From: Candidatus Latescibacterota bacterium
GTDB lineage: Bacteria > Latescibacterota > UBA2968 > UBA8231
Assembly: GCA_965261395.1 (NCBI GenBank)
Contig: OZ253462.1
Coordinates: 288,001 to 352,000, forward strand
DNA: 64,000 bases
Direction: 5' to 3'
Positions within the stretch are counted from its first letter, which is position 1; every line of letters starts with the position of its first letter. The position numbers were made by a program, and so were the translations under genes. Below, piece by piece: positions 9,559 to 18,206 of the stretch. The notes beneath the pieces are model-generated. The model had not been told where the DNA came from, did not search any database, and saw only the letters and a list, made by a program, of their open reading frames with translations.

Positions 9559-10446
9559 CTACCGAATGCGGGGGTTGATCTGCAAATCCCACGCGCGCCA
9601 GTAGTACTTGAGCGGGTCGTCCGCGTCCCATTTGGCGTAAATGTCCTCCCAATCCGTAAAGTGCATGTGCAGCTCCAGCGAATCTTCGCGGACGGGGTGG
9701 CTCATGGGCTGATAGCGATAGTCGAGCGAGATGCGCAGGAGATCACCGCTTTCGTTGTCTTGGCCCTGATGCGCGGTGAGACTGTGGCATATCAGCACGT
9801 CGCCAGCGCAAAAGTCGCCGCCCGCCCACAGCGTGTCCTCGGGCAGCTCGACGGCGTTACCGCCCGCGCCAGTCGCCTTTTGAACGTCTAGCTTGCCCAG
9901 CTTGTGGCTGCCCGGCGCCACTGCCAAGCTGCCCAGCGTGGCCGGACAGTCACCGGCCGGGATCCAAGCGGTCCACGTCTCGTCAGTGCCGCCGATGTAG
10001 AAATTGTCTTGGTGCGGCGGGGTGGTGTGCGTTAGGGCGTTGGGGAAAATTACCCGGCAGATATTGCGGCTGTGGGGCAGAGCCTCCTCGCCGAAGAGCG
10101 TGGCAAACATCGCCAAGATCGCCGGGTGCAAAGCCAAGGCGTTGAAGGTGCGCAACCGCTGGACATCGGTGTAAAAGGCGATCCACTCGGGCGAGAGGCC
10201 TTCGATGAAAAGCTGTCCGTCGCGGGAGACCCCGTCCATCAAGGGCGCGTCGTCGTCGAGCCAGCCGTGCTTTTGGCATACTTCGAGGATTTGGCGGCGC
10301 AGGTCGAGCACCGACTCTGTATCCAGCAGCGAGCGGAAGAACAAATAGCCCTGCTCGGTCGCGCGCGCGCGCAAGGCGTCGGCCGCGTCGAGCAGGGGGG
10401 TGGAGTCGACGAAATTTTCGATGTTGAGCATGGTTTGCTGGGCCAT
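9559..10446 (-). CDS. Phytanoyl-CoA dioxygenase (PhyH) family protein
   Basis: HQD iron motif, PGSH, distal H, RISLDYRYQ. Confidence 0.9.
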   Translation of the reverse strand: MAQQTMLNIENFVDSTPLLDAADALRARATEQGYLFFRSLLDTESVLDLRRQILEVCQKHGWLDDDAPLMDGVSRDGQLFIEGLSPEWIAFYTDVQRLRTFNALALHPAILAMFATLFGEEALPHSRNICRVIFPNALTHTTPPHQDNFYIGGTDETWTAWIPAGDCPATLGSLAVAPGSHKLGKLDVQKATGAGGNAVELPEDTLWAGGDFCAGDVLICHSLTAHQGQDNESGDLLRISLDYRYQPMSHPVREDSLELHMHFTDWEDIYAKWDADDPLKYYWRAWDLQINPRIR

Positions 10447-10450
10447 TGGA

Positions 10451-10903
10451 TCACTCCTGTTCTTTGTCCCAAAAGGCGCGTAAGGTGTCGATGTACGCGG
10501 CGGAAAGGCCGTGTTCGACAGCTCCCTGGATCACGGCTTTGAGGTATTCTTCCGAGGGCGAATAGTGGTGTCCGGCGTCGAGGCGAGAGAGATACGTCCA
10601 AACTTCGCCGAGCTTAGGTATCGTTATCGTGTCCCGCCGGTACTTGATGCCCTCGCTTTCGTAGTGGTCGAGGCGTCTGAAGTCGTCCGCCGTCATTTCG
10701 TATATGACGCCTTCGACGTAAGCGTCCTCGTTGGGCCGGATGCTGGCTACGCCCATGCCACCGCGCGTGAAGGAAATCATCGGAAAACACAGCTCATAGC
10801 CTTCTACGCGCACCACAGAGTGGAGACGGGCACCCGGGCAGCGGGCCTGCATCTGGTGCTTGAGCAAGTTGGACCCATAGGTGAAGTAGAGCATTTCGGC
10901 CAT
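10451..10903 (-). CDS. Gamma-glutamylcyclotransferase (AIG2-like)
   Basis: YFTYGSNL, VEGVIYEM, LDHYE, PSEEYL. Confidence 0.9.
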   Translation of the reverse strand: MAEMLYFTYGSNLLKHQMQARCPGARLHSVVRVEGYELCFPMISFTRGGMGVASIRPNEDAYVEGVIYEMTADDFRRLDHYESEGIKYRRDTITIPKLGEVWTYLSRLDAGHHYSPSEEYLKAVIQGAVEHGLSAAYIDTLRAFWDKEQE

Positions 10904-10945
10904 TACCCGACCTCTTTCTGTTGGGGGAGAGCCATACCGCGCACG

Positions 10946-12118
10946 CTACCACCCCTTCCACGAGCCGTCGGCGTGCCGGTATTGGCGATAGGCCATCGGC
11001 TGGTAGGGCTGCGCGGCCAGATCGGCTTCCTTGACCTCAACGCCGAGGCCGGGCGCGTCGGAGAGGGCAATATGGCCACCCTCGACGTGCCAATCGTGCT
11101 CGACATAGCGGTCGTAGATCGAAAGCCAGAAGTGGTTGGTCTCCTGGATGAGGAAATTGCCCATCAGCGCATCGGCCTGCAGGGTAGCCGCCGTGCAGAG
11201 CGGGCCGCCGGCATTGTGCGGAGCCATCAGCATCTGTTCGGCTGCGGCAGCGCGGGCGATTTCAAGCAGATGCGCGATGCCGAAACAGTGGGTGAGATCC
11301 GGCTGCAAATAGGCGCAGGCGCGCTCGGCGATTAGGGGACGAAATTGTTCTAACGTAAAGAGCTTCTCGCCGGTGGCGATGGGAATGGGGCTTTTGCGCG
11401 TCACTTCTAAGAGGGCCTCCACCGAGCCGGTTTTGACTGGTTCTTCGAGCAGCAGCGGGCGGCTGGCCGCGGTGCGCCGCGCGAATTCAACGCTCATTTC
11501 GGGGGTGGGACTGCCGTGGGCGTCGAGGAGAATGTCGAACTCGGCACCCACTTCCCGCCGCATCGCTTCGACGCAAGCGACCGAGTGGTCGATAGCCGCG
11601 CCATCCATCGGCCACGTGCGACTCTCCAAGGGATTGCCTTTGACGCCGGCAAAGCCCTGGTCTTGGATCTGGCGCGCGCCCGCAGCGGCTTGTTCCGGCG
11701 CGGCAAAGCTGCCGCCGTTGCTATAGACGCGAATTTTGTCGCGCCGCCGGCCGCCCAGCAGCGTGTGGACCGGCACGCCCCAAGCTTTGCCGGCTAGGTC
11801 GTGCAGCGCGGCGTCAATGGCGGCGATGGCCGTGCCGAAGACCGGGCCGCCCTTCCACGGCAGGCGGTTTTGGATATCCTCGGTTAGCGCGCGGTAGTGG
11901 AGCGGGTCGCGGTCCAAGAGCAGTTCTTGCCACGCGGCGAGCGTGGCCTCGACCGAGGGCACCAGCCACTCGCCGCTGCCTTCGCCCCAGCCGCTGAGAC
12001 CTACATCCGTCTCGATCTTGAAGAAAAGCCACGTCTTGGAAGAACTGGCAATTAGCGCGGCGGTGTCTTGGCCCGTGGGGACGCTGAACTTATAGGTTTT
12101 GGTTGCGGTAATTTTCAC
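10946..12118 (-). CDS. Mandelate racemase/galactonate dehydratase-like enolase-superfamily enzyme
   Basis: GWGE, AIDAALHDLAGK, LDAHG, EEP, ATGEK, APHN, PGLGVE. Confidence 0.88.
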   Translation of the reverse strand: MKITATKTYKFSVPTGQDTAALIASSSKTWLFFKIETDVGLSGWGEGSGEWLVPSVEATLAAWQELLLDRDPLHYRALTEDIQNRLPWKGGPVFGTAIAAIDAALHDLAGKAWGVPVHTLLGGRRRDKIRVYSNGGSFAAPEQAAAGARQIQDQGFAGVKGNPLESRTWPMDGAAIDHSVACVEAMRREVGAEFDILLDAHGSPTPEMSVEFARRTAASRPLLLEEPVKTGSVEALLEVTRKSPIPIATGEKLFTLEQFRPLIAERACAYLQPDLTHCFGIAHLLEIARAAAAEQMLMAPHNAGGPLCTAATLQADALMGNFLIQETNHFWLSIYDRYVEHDWHVEGGHIALSDAPGLGVEVKEADLAAQPYQPMAYRQYRHADGSWKGW

Positions 12119-12206
12119 GGCCGCATCCTTTGGATTTTGATAAAGAGTGCGGATATAGTACCATTCAGGCTCGCCGCACGCAAACCTTCATCTCCTCGGA
12201 GGAATC

Positions 12207-13295
12207 ATGGCCCAACAACGCTTTCAGCGCACCGCGCCCAGCGACCTGCTCCGCGTCGGAGTGATCATCGGCCCCGGCGGCCACACCTTCAATATCTGGG
12301 GCGAAAAGATGAATCCCCCGCCCGGCGCCCTTCGCACGACGGGCATGATGATGACCTGCGCTTGGTGCCTCGATGCGGGGATGAGCCAGCGTTTTACGGA
12401 AAAGTACCCAGAGGTCCGCATGGTCGCCGACCCTCGGGACATGATCGGCCAAATCGACGGGGTCTATATCGACGACATCAACGCGATTTCGCTCTACCCC
12501 CTGTTGGCGCGGCCTTTTCTGGAAGCGGGCATTCCGACTTTTGTCAATCGGCCCTTTGCCACCTCTATGGCCAAGGGAAGGGAGATGGTGGAAACGGCCA
12601 CGCAACACGGCACGGCGCTGTTGACCGCCTCGACGTGGGAATTTTCCGAGAGCGCCGGCGACTTGCGCGCCAAGGCCGCGGACCTGCCCGACATCAAGGG
12701 CTATGTGGCGCACAACTCCATGAGCGACTACTACACTCACGGCCTGCACGGCGTCTGGTACATCCACTCGATTTTGCGCGACGAGATCGCCAAGGGACGG
12801 GGTCGGCTGCGCGCCGCTGCGTACCACACCCCCAATTGGCGGGTCCCCGGCGGGATGATCGCATACGAACACGAGAGTCCGACGCGCCCGTACTACGGGG
12901 CACTGCACATGAGCTCGGGTGCCGACGGCAACGCCTACATGCGGATCTTCGGCGACCACCGAGGCGATGCCGAGGGGCGGATTCCGGGGCGGCCCGGCTA
13001 CTTCATGTACAACGCTTGGAACGCGCTCCAACTCGGCATTCAGGAAATGTTTGAGACCGGCCAGTCGCCGGAGACGGGCGAGCAGCTTTTGGAGAAGCTG
13101 ATGATGTTTCTCCTGCCGTTCTATTCGGCATTGGAGCGCGGCGGCGCGCTAGTGCAGCGAGAGGAATTGGGCGACTGGGAGTTGCCGCCCCCGTCCGCCG
13201 TGCTCATGGAAGACGGCCTGCCGACCGACAGCGCCTTTGCATCTCCCTACACCCAAGCCCAGCTTGAAGAAGCAGCGCAGATGCTGGGTGGGTAA
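12207..13295 (+). CDS. Gfo/Idh/MocA-like oxidoreductase
   Basis: N-terminal RVGVIIG, PFLEAGIPTFVNRPFA, HGLH. Confidence 0.7.
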   Translation: MAQQRFQRTAPSDLLRVGVIIGPGGHTFNIWGEKMNPPPGALRTTGMMMTCAWCLDAGMSQRFTEKYPEVRMVADPRDMIGQIDGVYIDDINAISLYPLLARPFLEAGIPTFVNRPFATSMAKGREMVETATQHGTALLTASTWEFSESAGDLRAKAADLPDIKGYVAHNSMSDYYTHGLHGVWYIHSILRDEIAKGRGRLRAAAYHTPNWRVPGGMIAYEHESPTRPYYGALHMSSGADGNAYMRIFGDHRGDAEGRIPGRPGYFMYNAWNALQLGIQEMFETGQSPETGEQLLEKLMMFLLPFYSALERGGALVQREELGDWELPPPSAVLMEDGLPTDSAFASPYTQAQLEEAAQMLGG

Positions 13296-13315
13296 TTCCA
13301 GCGAAGAATGCATCC

Positions 13316-14863
13316 ATGAACAAGCGCAGACTACCCATCGGCATTCAGACCTTCCGCGAGGTCCGCGAAGATACCTGCTACTACGTCGATAAAACCGCCT
13401 ACATCCGCCGGCTGCTCGACGAGGGTAAGCACTACTTCCTGTCGCGCCCACGGCGCTTTGGCAAGAGCCTATTCTTGGACACGCTCAAGGAAGTGTTCGA
13501 AGGCAACGAACCGCTGTTCGCGGGGCTGGACATTCACGACCGCTGGGATTGGTCGGTGCGTCATCCGGTGCTGCGGCTCGACTTCAGCAGTGGCACCTAC
13601 CAGGGGCCGGACGACTTGCGGAAGGAAGTGGCGGCGCAATTAAACACCTTGGAGGCCGAAGCGGAGATCGTCCCGCGCGACGACGAAGCGCCCGTCCGCT
13701 TCCGCCACTTGATGAAGGTGCTGCACGAGCGCAGCGGTCAGCGCGTTGCGGTGCTGGTCGATGAGTACGACAAGCCGATTCTCGATGCACTGGAAGTACC
13801 GGAGGTCGCCCGCGCCAACCGCGACTTTCTGCGCGGCCTGTATTCGACCGTGAAGTTTGCCGACGCGCACATCCGCTTCACGTTCATCACCGGGGTGAGC
13901 AAGTTTTCCAAGGTCAGCCTGTTTTCCGGCCTCAACAACCTCACCGATATCACCCTCGAACCCGAATACTCGGCCCTCTGCGGCTATACCGACGCCGATC
14001 TAGACGCCGTGTTCGCCCCGGAGTTGCCCGGCTTAGACCGGGACCAGATCCGCGACTGGTACAACGGTTATAGCTGGCTCGGCGACGAGAAGGTGTACAA
14101 CCCTTTTGACATCCTCCTGCTGTTTCGCCGCCGCCGATTCGCCGCCTATTGGTTTGAAACCGGCACTCCGACGTTTCTGATCGAAACGCTGTTCAAGCGC
14201 CGCGTCAGTTCCCTAGCACTCGATGAGATGGTCGGCAGCGACGAACTACTATCGACTTTTGATGTCGATGACATCGCAACCGAGGCACTGCTGTTCCAGA
14301 CCGGCTACCTGACGATAACCGACGAGGAAGACGTTGGCGGCGAGCCCGTCTATCGCTTGGGCTATCCCAACCGGGAGGTACGGCAGAGCCTGAACCGCAG
14401 CCTGCTGCGCTACTTGGTGCGCGATTCAACGCGGCAGATGGCCAACAGCGTGCAACTCTACCGGCTGCTGGAGGCTAACGACTTCGCCGGGCTGGAGACC
14501 CTGTTCCACGCCTTTTTCGCCAGCATTCCCTACGAGTGGTATTCCAACAACGACATCGCTAATTACGAGGGCTACTACGCCAGCGTGTTCTACTCCTATT
14601 TCGCGGGGCTGGGGCTGGACATCACAGTGGAGGACAGCAGCAGCCACGGACGCTTAGACATGGCGGTTCTATTCAATGGCAACATCTATCTATTTGAGTT
14701 CAAGGTGGTCGAGATGGCGTCTGCGGGTGCGGCGATGGCGCAGTTGCAGGAGCGGCGCTACGCGGACAAGTACCGCGCCTTGGGCCAGCCGATTTACCTG
14801 ATTGGCGTGGAGTTCAGCAAGGATGAGCACAACCTAGCGGCGTTTGAGGTGGAACGCGCCTGA
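13316..14863 (+). CDS. AAA-ATPase-like plus PD-(D/E)XK nuclease protein
   Basis: LPIGIQTF, YYVDKT, SRPRRFGKSL Walker A, VLVDEYDKP, C-terminal GRLDM...IYLFEFK. Confidence 0.9.
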   Translation: MNKRRLPIGIQTFREVREDTCYYVDKTAYIRRLLDEGKHYFLSRPRRFGKSLFLDTLKEVFEGNEPLFAGLDIHDRWDWSVRHPVLRLDFSSGTYQGPDDLRKEVAAQLNTLEAEAEIVPRDDEAPVRFRHLMKVLHERSGQRVAVLVDEYDKPILDALEVPEVARANRDFLRGLYSTVKFADAHIRFTFITGVSKFSKVSLFSGLNNLTDITLEPEYSALCGYTDADLDAVFAPELPGLDRDQIRDWYNGYSWLGDEKVYNPFDILLLFRRRRFAAYWFETGTPTFLIETLFKRRVSSLALDEMVGSDELLSTFDVDDIATEALLFQTGYLTITDEEDVGGEPVYRLGYPNREVRQSLNRSLLRYLVRDSTRQMANSVQLYRLLEANDFAGLETLFHAFFASIPYEWYSNNDIANYEGYYASVFYSYFAGLGLDITVEDSSSHGRLDMAVLFNGNIYLFEFKVVEMASAGAAMAQLQERRYADKYRALGQPIYLIGVEFSKDEHNLAAFEVERA

Positions 14864-14870
14864 TATAGAT

Positions 14871-15818
14871 ATGCTGAACGAACTGCGCAAAATCCGCTAC
14901 GCCCGCTTCCGCCTAGAGATGACCGCAGCTAGCCAATTGCGGTTGCCTCCCTACAAGGGATCCACCTTTAGAGGGGCCTTTGGCCATACCTTCAAACAGC
15001 TAGTCTGTGTCAAGCGGGATCTGGACTGTTCCACCTGTCTGATCAGCGACCGGTGCGTGTATTACTATGTCTTCGAGACCCCGTCCAATAGTGAGGGAGA
15101 GAAGGACAGTCGCGGATATACCTTTGCGCCGCATCCTTTTGTGATTGAACCGCCCGAGGAAACGCGGGAAATCTACGAGCCGGGAGCCGAATTGCGGGTC
15201 GGACTGGTTTTGGTGGGGCGTGCCTTGGACTACCTGCCCTACTTCATCTACGCCTTTGAGGAAATGGGGCAGCGAGGGTTAGGGGCCGGGCGCGGCAAAG
15301 CTGCTTTGCAGCGAGTTATTGCCCTCGGTCCTGAGCCTAGCGACGATAGGTGCATCTATCAGACCGGTACTGGGCAACTGGAGCAGGACTATCCGGTCGG
15401 CGTTGGTGCGCCTGACACCGAGGCCGTTGGAACGCGGCTCCGGCTGCGGCTGCACACGCCGCTGCGGCTCAAGAACGAGGGGCGCTATACTCGCCAGCTT
15501 GACTTTTCTCTATTGGTGCGATCCTTGTTGCGGCGCGCTTCGGATCTGGCCCGCTTTCACTGCGGGGCTGAGCTGGACCTAGACTATCGGCAGTGGATTG
15601 AGCGGGCAGCCGGGGTATCGGCGGCGACGACACTGCGCTGGCACGACTGGGAGCGGTATTCGCAACGGCAGGATCGGAGAATGAAGTTAGGTGGCTTGGT
15701 CGGCGAAGTGGAATTCGCTGGTGAGTGGCAACCCTTCATGCCACTGTTGCGGCTGGGCGCGGATCTACACGTGGGCAAGGGGACGGGGTTTGGACTAGGA
15801 CGCTACGAGATTTTGTAA
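14871..15818 (+). CDS. cas6: CRISPR pre-crRNA endoribonuclease Cas6
   Basis: GSTFRGAFG, C-x(5)-CxxC-x(4)-C, WHDWERYSQRQ, C-terminal G-loop HVGKGTGFGLGRY. Confidence 0.92.
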   Translation: MLNELRKIRYARFRLEMTAASQLRLPPYKGSTFRGAFGHTFKQLVCVKRDLDCSTCLISDRCVYYYVFETPSNSEGEKDSRGYTFAPHPFVIEPPEETREIYEPGAELRVGLVLVGRALDYLPYFIYAFEEMGQRGLGAGRGKAALQRVIALGPEPSDDRCIYQTGTGQLEQDYPVGVGAPDTEAVGTRLRLRLHTPLRLKNEGRYTRQLDFSLLVRSLLRRASDLARFHCGAELDLDYRQWIERAAGVSAATTLRWHDWERYSQRQDRRMKLGGLVGEVEFAGEWQPFMPLLRLGADLHVGKGTGFGLGRYEIL

Positions 15819-15835
15819 AGGAGCAGGATGAAGAC

Positions 15836-17524
15836 ATGAAACACAAACTAATCGCTGTGATCGGCAACACACCGCAAGTTATGACAGAGACTTTCTGGGC
15901 ATTGCGTTTCCAACTCCATGTGCCCATTGATGAAGTATTTGTGATGACGACAACTATGGGTAAAGCAACCTGCCAGCAACGCCTTTTGGACGAAGGCCGA
16001 TTTGCAAAGATGTTGTCGGACTACGATATCGACCCCGATACGGCCAAGTTCGACGCCGATCATATCCGTGTATTTAAAGATGCCGAGGGCAATTTTTTAG
16101 ACGATATCCGCACCTCTGATGATAATCGCCTAGCCAGGAATCAACTTTTCCGCTGGATTGAGGATTGGACCCAGAAGGATCATGTCGCTTTACACTGCTC
16201 GCTTGCAGGCGGACGTAAGTCAATGGGATACTTGCTCGGTGCTGCTATTCAATTTTTTGGCCGCCCACAAGATCGCCTGTATCATGCGCTGGTTACACCG
16301 CCAGAGATTGAAATGAATCGCGATTTTTTCTTTCCACCTGTTCGTGAAACGCAAATCCCCACGTCAGACGGGCAACACATTTCTACTGCTGATGTGCGTA
16401 TTGAGTTGGCAGAGTTACCCTATGTATCGGTAAGAGATATATCCGTATTTGGCGATGAAAGCTACGACCGAATTCTACAGAGAACACAAGAAGAGGTGAG
16501 GCGTATTCCACGTCTAAGAGCAGAAAACAAGCGATTGAGAGAAACATCGAGTAATGCCGGTGGATTGATCGGAAACAGTGCTGCTATGCGGAAAACCAAA
16601 GAACAGATTCGGCAAGCTGCTGATGCAGATGATGCAACCGTATTGCTCTTGGGTGAAACGGGAACGGGAAAAGAACGCGCAGGTGAAGAACTGCATGAGC
16701 AGAGCACGAGAAAAGATCGACCATTCATACCGATTAACTGTAGTGCATTCCCGGATACACTTTTAGAGGCAGAGCTATTCGGTGCGACACGAGGTACTTA
16801 TACCGGACAAGCCGGGCCGCGTAAGGGTGCGTTTCGCATGGCCGAAGGCGGTATCCTTTTTCTCGATGAAATAGGAGAATTATCACGTGATGGGCAGGCG
16901 AGGCTGTTGCGCGTATTACAAGAAAAGAAAATGCGCGCGGTTGGCAGCGATGAACCGGAGAAAGACATTGATGTACGCATTGTTGCGGCGACCAATCGCG
17001 ACTTAGAATCCATGGTTCGAGAAGGGGCTTTCCGAGAGGACCTGTTGTATCGCCTCAATGCTTTGACCATTTACATGCCACCGTTGCGAGAACTACGCGA
17101 AGATATACCGGAGCTAATCGACCTGTTTTGTGAACAGTTTAATGAAAAATACAAACGCAATGTTGTGGGCTTTGATGCCTCAGCTATAGACGCTATGTGC
17201 CGCTATACCTGGCCGGGTAACGTGCGCGAGCTTGAAAATGAAGTTCAGCGTATCGTCATTGCCGCGCCTCCGGGTGCATTTCGAGTACACAAGGAAAACT
17301 TAGCCAAGCATATTATTGAATCGACAGATTTAGACACGGGTAGTGGTACGCTCAAAGAACAAGTGGCACAGTTTGAGAAGCAAAAAATTGAGGAAGCGTT
17401 GGCGCAAACTCAGGGCGAAAGAGGATCTGCCGCAGAGATACTGGGTATCGACCCTACAACGCTGGGTAGAAAAGCTGAAAAGTATGGCTTATCTCTAAAA
17501 AAGAGTCATAAGGATCGTGAGTGA
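15836..17524 (+). CDS. CARF (NE0113/Sso2081-like) domain fused to sigma54 enhancer-binding AAA+ domain and Fis-type HTH
   Basis: N-term GNTPQVMTET and CSLAGGRKSMG CARF motifs; coiled-coil LRAENKRLR; GETGTGKE; ELFG..GTYTGQ; LFLDEIGE; AATNRDL; FREDLLYRLN; WPGNVRELEN; AAEILGI HTH. Confidence 0.9.
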   Translation: MKHKLIAVIGNTPQVMTETFWALRFQLHVPIDEVFVMTTTMGKATCQQRLLDEGRFAKMLSDYDIDPDTAKFDADHIRVFKDAEGNFLDDIRTSDDNRLARNQLFRWIEDWTQKDHVALHCSLAGGRKSMGYLLGAAIQFFGRPQDRLYHALVTPPEIEMNRDFFFPPVRETQIPTSDGQHISTADVRIELAELPYVSVRDISVFGDESYDRILQRTQEEVRRIPRLRAENKRLRETSSNAGGLIGNSAAMRKTKEQIRQAADADDATVLLLGETGTGKERAGEELHEQSTRKDRPFIPINCSAFPDTLLEAELFGATRGTYTGQAGPRKGAFRMAEGGILFLDEIGELSRDGQARLLRVLQEKKMRAVGSDEPEKDIDVRIVAATNRDLESMVREGAFREDLLYRLNALTIYMPPLRELREDIPELIDLFCEQFNEKYKRNVVGFDASAIDAMCRYTWPGNVRELENEVQRIVIAAPPGAFRVHKENLAKHIIESTDLDTGSGTLKEQVAQFEKQKIEEALAQTQGERGSAAEILGIDPTTLGRKAEKYGLSLKKSHKDRE

Positions 17525-17528
17525 ATGG

Positions 17529-17562
17529 CTGCAACCTTGCAGGGATTTCTGCAGAATTGCAT
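17529..17562. promoter_or_regulatory. Tandem palindromic upstream activator sequences (TGCA-N4-TGCA x2)
   Basis: CTGCAACCTTGCAG (17529-17542) and CTGCAGAATTGCAT (17549-17562), 20 bp apart, about 130-150 bp upstream of the predicted sigma54 start. Confidence 0.65.
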
Positions 17563-17608
17563 GACTGAACATGTTGTCGTCCATTTCCTGTTTCAGGAAA
17601 ACATCGCA

Positions 17609-17621
17609 CAACCTATTGTTT
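17609..17621. promoter_or_regulatory. IHF-like binding site
   Basis: CAACCTATTGTTT versus consensus YAANNNNTTGATW (one mismatch), between the UAS pair and the promoter. Confidence 0.45.
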
Positions 17622-17660
17622 TTCTTGATCTTTGAGAAAATTCGAAGGTTTTTTTGTGTT

Positions 17661-17675
17661 TGGCACGGGGATTGC
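17661..17675 (+). promoter_or_regulatory. Sigma54 (-24/-12) promoter
   Basis: TGGCACGGGGATTGC = TGGCAC-N5-TTGC with correct GG-N10-GC spacing; directly downstream of a bEBP gene and upstream of a GGAGG RBS. Confidence 0.85.
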
Positions 17676-17740
17676 GACTGTATAAGCAAAAGGTGAACAG
17701 TTTCAGTAAATCCGCAGCAAACATTAAATGGAGGAACAAC

Positions 17741-18091
17741 ATGAACACTCTAATCAATCAGGGGGATGAGCAATATTATTCTCAGGCCGGTTTCTGGAAT
17801 AAGTTGCGCAACTTCGCACGTACCGCGGGTCGGGAAGTCGTCGAGCATGCCCTGTCGCTCTACTACACCGCACAGGATCCTAACACACCGGCCTGGGCCA
17901 AGACGGTTATCTACGGAGTGTTGGGGTACTTCATCCTGCCGGTCGATCTAATTCCCGACCTGATCCCAGTCGTCGGCTTCAGCGACGATTTGGCTGCGTT
18001 TGTCGCCGCACTCGCTACCGTGGGGATCCATGTGACGCCTGAGATTAAAAACCGCGCCAAGAAGAAAGCAGCCGAGTGGTTTGGTAAGTGA
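17741..18091 (+). CDS. DUF1232/YkvA family small membrane protein
   Basis: TPAWAK..IYGVLGYFILPVDLIPDLIPVVGFSDD signature; GGAGG RBS. Confidence 0.9.
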   Translation: MNTLINQGDEQYYSQAGFWNKLRNFARTAGREVVEHALSLYYTAQDPNTPAWAKTVIYGVLGYFILPVDLIPDLIPVVGFSDDLAAFVAALATVGIHVTPEIKNRAKKKAAEWFGK

Positions 18092-18206
18092 GCAATGCAA
18101 GCAGAAGAGTTTTTAAGCATATTTATGAGTTTGGGTTGGCTCTGTACGTGGGCTAAGAGACGGGTTTGGGCTGGGATGCTACGGGATTTTATACAGGAGA
18201 AGGTTG

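Noticed and set aside
15836-17524. Calling the CARF-bEBP an RtcR ortholog or a Csm6 nuclease
   Set aside because: No rtcA/rtcB nearby, the CARF motifs look NE0113-type, and there is no HEPN RxxxxH domain.
17584-17600. TTTCCTG-TTT-CAGGAAA as an intrinsic terminator for the bEBP gene
   Set aside because: The stem is weak and no U-tract follows on the plus strand; it is more plausibly a protein-binding site.
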